Source: Dehalococcoidia bacterium (GTDB lineage Bacteria; Chloroflexota; Dehalococcoidia; Lucifugimonadales; Lucifugimonadaceae). Taken from it: 64,000 bases of DNA. Positions 57,364-64,000 of this stretch are shown here, piece after piece. The stretch spans positions 10,015 to 74,014 of the forward strand of contig PBVQ01000018.1 of NCBI GenBank assembly GCA_002728715.1, read 5' to 3'. The notes below the pieces were generated by a model. It searched no databases. It was not told the DNA's origin and saw only the letters and a program-made list of their open reading frames with translations. The translations under genes were made by a program, and so were the position numbers. Positions within the stretch are counted from its first letter, which is position 1; every line of letters begins with the position of its first letter.

Positions 57364-58419
57364 TTAGACATTTCTTGTTAATAAAAATTTACCTAATTCT
57401 ATTAATTCAAGCTTGATTTTTTCATTTATATTTGATGAAATTATTTCTTGGTAGCAATTTTCCCATGTACTATTAAGTAAATTTTCACAATATTCTGAAG
57501 TTCTTAGTTCCTCCATAATTCTTAATATGATTTTAATTTCCTCGTTGTGAAGGTTTCTTTTTTTTATAAATAGATTTTTGATTTGTTTTTTATTTGAGCC
57601 CTTAGCGTAATTAATTGCATGAAGAATGGGCAGAGATTTTTTTTTCTTTATAATGTCTGCTCCTACTGGTTTACCAGTTTTTTCATCCCCCCATATACCA
57701 AGCATGTCATCTTTTATTTGAAAGATTTTCCCAAATTCTTTACCGATGATTTTTATTGATTCGATTTTCTGATCATTCATGGATAAATTTTTTTGTCCAA
57801 CAATTGCTCCTATGTGCAATGATGCTTCTATTAGAGCACCTGTTTTTCTTTGGATCATGTCTAGGTATTCATCAATAGTTATTTCTAATTTACTTTCAAA
57901 ATCAATATCTAAAAATTGTCCTTCCATCATCGTAAGGTATCTTGATGATAGTATATGTGAAGCTTCCAGTTTTATTTTTTCGTTGATTTTTATTTTTTTG
58001 TTTGTTGCTAAATCTGCAATTTTTAGCATGGCATTTCCAGAAATTATTGCACCAGGTATTCCCCATAATTTCCATAAAGTTGCTCTGTGATGTCTTAGTT
58101 CGTCCATATCCTCTATATCATCATGGATGAGTGAGAAATTATGTATCAATTCTATTGCTACCGCAAAAGGTATTGCTAATTCTATATCTCCATCAGCTGC
58201 TTCAGCTCCTAGTAAAACAAGGTTTGGCCTGAGTCTTTTACCACCAATAGCATTTATTTTTTTACCATTTTCATCCGTCCAGCCCATATAATATTTGTGA
58301 GTATCATAAATGTTGCCGTGTAATTTTTCATATTCTTTTCTTAATGCAAAATTAATCCTTTCCTCGTATCTTTGGAAAAATTTTGGAATACTTTTATTTT
58401 TTGAGAAGGAATGTTTCAT
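57364..58419 (-). CDS. polyprenyl diphosphate synthase (FPP/GGPP synthase family)
   Basis: First Asp-rich motif LIHDDIEDMD, second FQIKDDMLG, and GKRLRP. Confidence 0.85.
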   Translation of the reverse strand: MKHSFSKNKSIPKFFQRYEERINFALRKEYEKLHGNIYDTHKYYMGWTDENGKKINAIGGKRLRPNLVLLGAEAADGDIELAIPFAVAIELIHNFSLIHDDIEDMDELRHHRATLWKLWGIPGAIISGNAMLKIADLATNKKIKINEKIKLEASHILSSRYLTMMEGQFLDIDFESKLEITIDEYLDMIQRKTGALIEASLHIGAIVGQKNLSMNDQKIESIKIIGKEFGKIFQIKDDMLGIWGDEKTGKPVGADIIKKKKSLPILHAINYAKGSNKKQIKNLFIKKRNLHNEEIKIILRIMEELRTSEYCENLLNSTWENCYQEIISSNINEKIKLELIELGKFLLTRNV

Positions 58420-58550
58420 AAAAAAATTAATCTACAATTCATTATAAATGATTTAAATAAGTAAGTAGTAAATATAAATCTTTGTTTTTGTATTTTATAA
58501 AATATGATAAACTGTTTATAAGATTAATTATAAAAAGGTGTCATATATTT

Positions 58551-59387
58551 ATGAATGATGAATATTATAAAGTCCTAGGATTGTCAAAAAATGCCTCTGA
58601 CAAGGAGATCAAGATTGCTTTTAGAAAGTTAGCAAGAAAATATCATCCTGATGTTAATCAAAATGACCATGAATTAAAGAATAAGTTTCTAAAAGTTAAT
58701 GAGGCTTATGAGGTACTGAGCGATAAAAAATCTCGTCGAGATTACGATGAATTTGGCGAAAAATGGAAACATGCTGAACAACTCAGATCAATGAGAACAG
58801 GTTTTAATAATTCAAATTCATTCGATATGCATGATTTATTTTCTGGAATGAGAAACCAAAATATCAACGATATATTTAGTTTTAACTCTAATAGGCAAAT
58901 ACATAAACATAAATGCGATGTCTTTTTGACTATTGAAGAAATTTATACTGGTACCAAAAAAATGTTAAATCTATCAGGTGCTACAAAAAATTCAAAAAAT
59001 ATTGAAGTAAATATACCAAAAGGTGTAAGATAAGGTCAAAAATTAAGACTCAAAATTAAAAATGATACTCAAATTATTGTAACTATAAAGATAAAGAAAA
59101 ATAAGCAATATATGATAAATAATGAAAATCTGATTATGACCATTAATTTGCCATATATAGATATGATTCTTGGGACAGAAATTAAGATTGACTCATACGA
59201 AGGGTCATTTATGTTATCTATTCCAAAGCTTACTCAAAATAATCAAATTTTCAGAATACCTAATAAAGGGTTGCCTATGTACAAAGAAAACAAACATGGA
59301 AATTTGTTAATTAAAGTAACAGCTGAATTGCCCAATCAAATTCATGAGGGTGAACAAGAAATATATGAAAAATTAAAGTCAAAATAA
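58551..59387 (+). CDS. J-domain co-chaperone (CbpA/DnaJ class II-like, no zinc finger) interrupted by an in-frame TAA at 59031-59033
   Basis: J domain YYKVLGL..KYHPDVN..AYEVLSD. The C-terminal substrate-binding domains continue in the same frame after the TAA (GQKLRLK..., [16 protein letters not shown]). RBS AAAAGGTG precedes the ATG at 58551. Confidence 0.75.
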
Positions 59388-59403
59388 TGAAAGATTTATA
59401 CCG

Positions 59404-59733
59404 ATGAATATGGAATTTAATCAGCCAGTTTTTGCAATTGGAATAGTTGCTCATATGGTAGGGGTGCATCAACAAACACTTAGAAACTATGAAAGATGGG
59501 AGCTTGTTGTCCCTCATAGGTCTGAGGGTGGTACTAGATTATACTCAAATAAAGATGTAGAAATTATTAGGCAAATATTGAAATGGAAAGAAGAATTAGG
59601 TCTCAATCTGGCTGGAATAGAGGTAATGACAAAATTATTAAGAAAAATAAATCTTTTGGAAGAAAAACTTGATAATTTGACTCTTGAGATTGTAAGGCTT
59701 AGGGATGGAAATTATAAGTTTCCAATAGAATAA
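59404..59733 (+). CDS. hspR: MerR-family heat-shock repressor HspR-like
   Basis: FAIGIVAHMVGVHQQTLRNYERWELVVPHRSEGGTRLYS helix-turn-helix. Located between the J-protein gene and clpB. Confidence 0.8.
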   Translation: MNMEFNQPVFAIGIVAHMVGVHQQTLRNYERWELVVPHRSEGGTRLYSNKDVEIIRQILKWKEELGLNLAGIEVMTKLLRKINLLEEKLDNLTLEIVRLRDGNYKFPIE

Positions 59734-59750
59734 ATATAAGGAGAATATAA

Positions 59751-62186
59751 ATGGTTATGCCAACTGAAAATGAATGTACTGAACAAGCTTTTAGAGCTTT
59801 ACAAGACTCTCAACAACTTCTTATTCCAATGAAACATAATCAATGGGATGTTGAGCACTTGTTTTGTGGGCTATTAGAGGTTCAAAACTCACTTTCAGCA
59901 AAAATTCTTGAGAACATGGGAGTCAATGTTAGTTCTTTAATACTAGAGGTTAGAGAAAAACTTGAAAAAGCACCTAAAATTGGATCTCAGGGTCAATTTT
60001 ATATTACTCCTAGAATGCAAAATATTTTTAGTATATCTAAGCAAGAAGCTAGGAGGCTAAAGGATGAACTTATTGGAGCAGATCATTTATTAATTGCTAT
60101 AGTAAAGCAATCTGATGGCGATACAGGAGAAATTTTATCAAAATACAATATTACTGAAGAAAATGTATATAAATCCTTACTTGAAGAGAGGGGGTCGGCT
60201 AGGGTTGTAGATCCAAGAGCTGAAAGTAAATATAAAGCTTTGTCAAAATATAGTGTAGATCTTACTAATCTTGCTAGAGAATCAAAATTAGACCCAGTTA
60301 TTGGTAGAGATTTAGAAATTAGAAGAGTCATGCAGACCCTTACAAGAAGAACAAAAAATAATCCAGTTCTCATTGGTGATGCAGGAGTGGGAAAAACTGC
60401 AATTGCGGAAGGTTTAGCACAAAGAATTGTTTCTGGAGACGTTCCTGAAAGTTTGATTGGCAGAAGAGTAATTGCACTAGAGATGGGATCTTTAGTTGCT
60501 GGAGCGAAATTTAGAGGTGAATTTGAAGAAAGATTAAAGGCTGTGATGGATGAAATTCGTCAAGCTTCCGGCGAAATAGTATTATTTATAGATGAAATTC
60601 ATACCGTAGTTGGAGCTGGAGCTGGAGAAGGCGGATTAGATGCTTCTAATATGATGAAACCTGCCTTAGCTAGAGGAGAATTGCAAACTATTGGTGCAAC
60701 TACACCAAATGAATACAGAAGATATATAGAATCTGACCCTGCCTTAGAAAGGAGATTTTCTCCTGTGTGGGTTGATGAACCCGAAAAAGAAGTTGCTTTG
60801 GAAATGCTTGAAACATTAAGGCCAAGATATGAAAAACATCATGGTTTCACTATTAAGTATTCTGCTTTGAAAGCTTCAGTTGATTTGTCCTCGAGATATA
60901 TATCGGATAGATTATTACCTGATAAAGCAGTTGACCTGATTGATGAAGCTGCTGCAAAAAAAAGAATTCAAAATGAATCACTTCCAAGCGAATTAAAAAA
61001 TTTACAGCATCGTATACAAAAAATTGATGAAGATCAGCAAGCTGCATCAAATAGAGGTGATCATGAAAAAGCAGCAAACTTAAAAGTAGAAAAAATCAAT
61101 CTAGACAAGGACTATACTAAACAAAAAAAAGAGTGGGAAAAATCTCATGAGATAAGTAATACTGTAACGGATGAAGACATTGCTTCTTTGATATCAGAAA
61201 GAACAGGCATCCCAGTCACAAGATTGGTTGAAGACGAATCTAAAAGATTGCTAAATCTTGAAAAAAGACTACATAAGCGTGTAATTGGTCAAGAGCATGC
61301 AGTGGAAATTTTATCAGATGCAGTAAGAAGGGCAAGAGCTGGTCTAAAGGATCCCAAAAAGCCAATAGGAAGTTTTGTCTTTTTAGGTCCTACTGGAGTT
61401 GGAAAAACGGAATTAGCTAGGGCATTAGCTGAATGTATGTTCGACGATGAGGATAATATGATAAGAATTGACATGTCAGAATTTCAAGAAAGGCATACGG
61501 TTTCAAAATTAATTGGAGCCCCCCCAGGGTACGTGGGTTATGATGATGCAGGACACCTTACTGAGGCTATAAGAAGGAGACCATTTTCAGTTGTGTTATT
61601 TGATGAAATTGAAAAAGCGCATCCAGAGATATTTAACACTTTATTACAGGTGTTGGATGATGGTAGGCTTACTGATAGTCATGGAAGGACAGTTGATTTC
61701 AGAAATGCAATAATTATCATGACTAGTAATCTGGGTTCAGATGGAGTAACAAGAGAGTCATTTGGGTTTCAAAAAAAGTCAAGAGCAGAAAACGAGAGTG
61801 CTCAGATAAGATCAAATGTTGAAGAAACATTAAAAAAAGCATTTAGGCCAGAATTTATAAACAGAATTGACGAGTTTGTTATTTTCGATTCTTTGGATGA
61901 AAATGATATTAAACAAATTGTAGACAAATTTATAAATGAATTTACCAATAGACTTACAGGCATGAACCTAAGTATTAAATTATCTGAATCTGCAAAAACA
62001 CACCTAGCAAAAATAGGTTTTGACCGAATGTATGGTGCTCGTCCTCTCAAAAGGACTATTCAAAAATTAATTGAAAACCCGTTATCTAAAGAAATAATTT
62101 CAGTAAATATTGAAGAAAATATTGAAATAATTGTTAGTGAAATTAATGGAGAGTTAAAATTTGATTATAAAACATTAAAAAATTAG
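59751..62186 (+). CDS. clpB: ATP-dependent disaggregase ClpB
   Basis: Clp N repeats, Walker [14 protein letters not shown] and [14 protein letters not shown], a coiled-coil middle domain and GARPLKR. Confidence 0.95.
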   Translation: MVMPTENECTEQAFRALQDSQQLLIPMKHNQWDVEHLFCGLLEVQNSLSAKILENMGVNVSSLILEVREKLEKAPKIGSQGQFYITPRMQNIFSISKQEARRLKDELIGADHLLIAIVKQSDGDTGEILSKYNITEENVYKSLLEERGSARVVDPRAESKYKALSKYSVDLTNLARESKLDPVIGRDLEIRRVMQTLTRRTKNNPVLIGDAGVGKTAIAEGLAQRIVSGDVPESLIGRRVIALEMGSLVAGAKFRGEFEERLKAVMDEIRQASGEIVLFIDEIHTVVGAGAGEGGLDASNMMKPALARGELQTIGATTPNEYRRYIESDPALERRFSPVWVDEPEKEVALEMLETLRPRYEKHHGFTIKYSALKASVDLSSRYISDRLLPDKAVDLIDEAAAKKRIQNESLPSELKNLQHRIQKIDEDQQAASNRGDHEKAANLKVEKINLDKDYTKQKKEWEKSHEISNTVTDEDIASLISERTGIPVTRLVEDESKRLLNLEKRLHKRVIGQEHAVEILSDAVRRARAGLKDPKKPIGSFVFLGPTGVGKTELARALAECMFDDEDNMIRIDMSEFQERHTVSKLIGAPPGYVGYDDAGHLTEAIRRRPFSVVLFDEIEKAHPEIFNTLLQVLDDGRLTDSHGRTVDFRNAIIIMTSNLGSDGVTRESFGFQKKSRAENESAQIRSNVEETLKKAFRPEFINRIDEFVIFDSLDENDIKQIVDKFINEFTNRLTGMNLSIKLSESAKTHLAKIGFDRMYGARPLKRTIQKLIENPLSKEIISVNIEENIEIIVSEINGELKFDYKTLKN

Positions 62187-62232
62187 ATAAAAAGCCATTA
62201 AAAAAAACTAGAGTATAAATTTAAAAAATAAT

Positions 62233-62799
62233 TTGCTAGATACAAAAAATTATAAAATTCCAAAAATATATTCATATTTAGTTTTGTCTATATTATTTGT
62301 AAGTTTAATATGGTTATTAATTTGGATGAATAACTCAATACCCTATGAGACTTTAGGTTATTTGGGTATTTATATTGCAAGCTTGATTTCAGCGAGTTCT
62401 ATATTAATACCTGTACCTGGTATTGCTTCTGTTTGTGTGGGTTCTCTCCCTAGTTTAGGGCTAAATCCACTATTAATAGGTTTTATAGCAGGTTTAGCTG
62501 AATCGATTGGAGAACTTACGGGCTATTTTGCAGGCAGGAGTTTTAGCGGTAGTTTTAAAGAAAATAAGCTTAAGAATTATATTTACCAAAAAATGAAAAA
62601 AAATGGCTATATAATTATTTTTTTTGGTAGCATATTTCCTAATCCCTTTTTTGATATTATAGGAATTATATCCGGAAACATGAAATATCCTATCAGAAAG
62701 TTTATCGTGATTTTATTTTTCTCAAAGTCAATTAAGTCCATAGTTATATCCTATTCGTGTTACTCTGGATTAGAAATAGTTATTGGATGGTTCAGATGA
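62233..62799 (+). CDS. small polytopic membrane protein (DedA/VTT-like resemblance)
   Basis: Four to five hydrophobic helices and an ESIGELTGYFAGRS loop. TGA stop overlaps the ispDF ATG (ATGA). Confidence 0.5.
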   Translation: MLDTKNYKIPKIYSYLVLSILFVSLIWLLIWMNNSIPYETLGYLGIYIASLISASSILIPVPGIASVCVGSLPSLGLNPLLIGFIAGLAESIGELTGYFAGRSFSGSFKENKLKNYIYQKMKKNGYIIIFFGSIFPNPFFDIIGIISGNMKYPIRKFIVILFFSKSIKSIVISYSCYSGLEIVIGWFR

Positions 62800-63983
62800 A
62801 ACAACCTTTTCTTGATGTGATCATACTTTCTGCTGGAAAAAGTTCCAGAATGGATGGAATAGACAAACAGTTAGTTGAAATAGGAGGTAAAAATGTAATC
62901 AAATATAGTATTGAGTTATTCAGTAAAATCCCGGAGACTCGATCCATAACATTAATGTTGTCTGAAAAAAACGCTAATGAAGTAAAAACAATTGTAAAAA
63001 ATATGGATATAAACAAAGACATTCATACTATGATTGGAGGCGCACTTAGACAGGATACTGTAAGCATAGCCCTGAAAAATCTTAATTCAATTTATACTGA
63101 TAAAGATTTAGTTGCAATCCATGATGGAGCTCGCCCATTTGTTAGTAAAACTATAGTTGAGAATGGTATAAAATCAGCTCAGGCATCTGGCGCTGCAATT
63201 CCAATCATTAGATTATCAGATACTGTAAAAAAGACCTCAAATAATTTGATTATAAAAACATACGATAGATCAAAGCTCGCTGCTGTACAAACACCACAAT
63301 TTTTTAGGTTTGATGTTTTGAATACAGCATATGAACTTTTGAATGAGGAAATTACTGATGATGCATCTGCTGTAGAACTTTCAGGCGGTTTAGTTTCATC
63401 TTTTCCTGGTTCTTTAGAAAATATTAAAATAACTAATCCAATAGACTTAAAAATTGCCTACTCTATAATAGATAAAGAACAAGCAATTAGTAATGTAAAA
63501 CCTAATTCAAATAGGTATGGAACGGGTTTTGATTGTCATAAATTAGTAGTTGGAGGACCATTAGTTTTAGGTGGAGTAAAAATTCCTTTTGAAAAAAGTT
63601 TAGCAGGGCACTCAGACGGAGGTGTTTTATTACATGCAATAGCGAGTTCTTTTTTAGGCGCTGGTAATTTTGGAGATCTAGGTAGTAATTTTCCCTCTAA
63701 CCAAAAAAAATATAAAAATATTAGTTCTGAATTTTTTGTCAACCAGTCTAAAAAACTTTTGATTGAAAATGGATGGAAAATTTTATATTTAGATACTACT
63801 ATCATTGCTCAAAAGCCACGCTTGAGTAAATTTGTAGAAGTCATAATTGATAATTTATCTAAAATTCTACTCCTTGATAGAGATTGTATTAACTTGAAAA
63901 TAACTTCTACAGATTCTGTTGGATTCATAGGAAATTCAGAAGGAATTGCTGCTCAGTCAATTGCAACGATTGCAAAAATATAG
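62796..63983 (+). CDS. ispDF: bifunctional IspD/IspF (MEP cytidylyltransferase / MEcPP synthase)
   Basis: IspD: VIILSAGKSSRM, VAIHDGARPF, VQTPQFF. IspF: GTGFDCHKL, GHSDGGVLLHAI, TIIAQKPRL. The ATG at 62796 is preferred over the track start. Confidence 0.9.
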   Translation: MKQPFLDVIILSAGKSSRMDGIDKQLVEIGGKNVIKYSIELFSKIPETRSITLMLSEKNANEVKTIVKNMDINKDIHTMIGGALRQDTVSIALKNLNSIYTDKDLVAIHDGARPFVSKTIVENGIKSAQASGAAIPIIRLSDTVKKTSNNLIIKTYDRSKLAAVQTPQFFRFDVLNTAYELLNEEITDDASAVELSGGLVSSFPGSLENIKITNPIDLKIAYSIIDKEQAISNVKPNSNRYGTGFDCHKLVVGGPLVLGGVKIPFEKSLAGHSDGGVLLHAIASSFLGAGNFGDLGSNFPSNQKKYKNISSEFFVNQSKKLLIENGWKILYLDTTIIAQKPRLSKFVEVIIDNLSKILLLDRDCINLKITSTDSVGFIGNSEGIAAQSIATIAKI

Positions 63984-64000
63984 GAAAATAAATTCTTATG

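Noticed and set aside
58420-58550. HspR operator (HAIR, CTTGAGT-N7-ACTCAAG) or CIRCE element upstream of the dnaJ-hspR-clpB operon
   Set aside because: Reading the 130-nt upstream region by eye, I found no match. There are only short AT-only inverted repeats (TTATAAA / TTTATAA), which are expected by chance in this composition.
1-64000. Mobile elements, prophage, defence islands, CRISPR arrays, and tRNA or rRNA genes
   Set aside because: I recognised no integrase, transposase, recombinase, Cas, restriction or toxin-like proteins. There are no arrays of spaced direct repeats. All intergenic gaps are short (maximum 259 nt), AT-rich and lack GC-rich cloverleaf-like sequences.

Overview
Visibly AT-rich (about one-third G+C by eye, not computed), very gene-dense bacterial chromosome segment. 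Many genes have 1-11 nt start/stop overlaps, and two convergent gene pairs overlap at their 3' ends (4313-4330, 25091-25101). I found no rRNA, tRNA, CRISPR, transposase, integrase or phage-like genes, so this looks like streamlined core genome rather than an accessory island. I support about 70 genes from motifs in the translated ORFs. Left to right: leuB (3' part), enolase-superfamily enzyme, penicillin/AHL-acylase family, hydratase, cimA, IMPase, htpX plus two unknowns, gyrA. Then an MMPL/lipoprotein/flavin-reductase/GT4 block, rplU-rpmA-rpmE-DUF1385, and a his operon (hisIE, HAD, hisF, methyltransferase, hisA, hisH). Then iscA/erpA-like, ygfZ-like, and a fatty-acid/phospholipid block (fabL, fabG, plsX, HadAB-like hotdog pair). 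Next come System I cytochrome c maturation genes (ccmG-like, ccmF, ccmH) directly downstream of an Alternative Complex III operon, followed by orphan 2-oxoacid dehydrogenase E1 alpha/beta and DUF971. A nine-gene operon follows (Gfo/Idh/MocA, pxpABC, oadG, biotin carrier, oadB, DapA-family, TauE). The window ends with NiSOD sodN/sodX, aquaporin, a squalene cluster (ids, PNP-like, hpnCDE), dnaJ-like/hspR/clpB, a membrane protein and ispDF. The phylum cannot be fixed from sequence alone; ACIII, HspR-ClpB, MMPL, NiSOD and HadAB-like genes loosely suggest a marine Chloroflexota- or Actinomycetota-like lineage (inference only). The best candidate for something undescribed is the Na+-decarboxylase membrane module (OadG, biotin carrier, OadB). 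It has no canonical carboxyltransferase and is wired to PxpABC (LamB/KipI/KipA) instead. Other points worth a second look: an in-frame TGA in plsX exactly at a conserved Gly, an in-frame TAA in the J-protein, and a T10 tract separating the ATG from ygfZ. Also notable are a 20-nt (CG)4(CA)2(CG)4 Z-DNA/hairpin tract upstream of gyrA and a glutamine-amidotransferase fold with its catalytic triad ablated.
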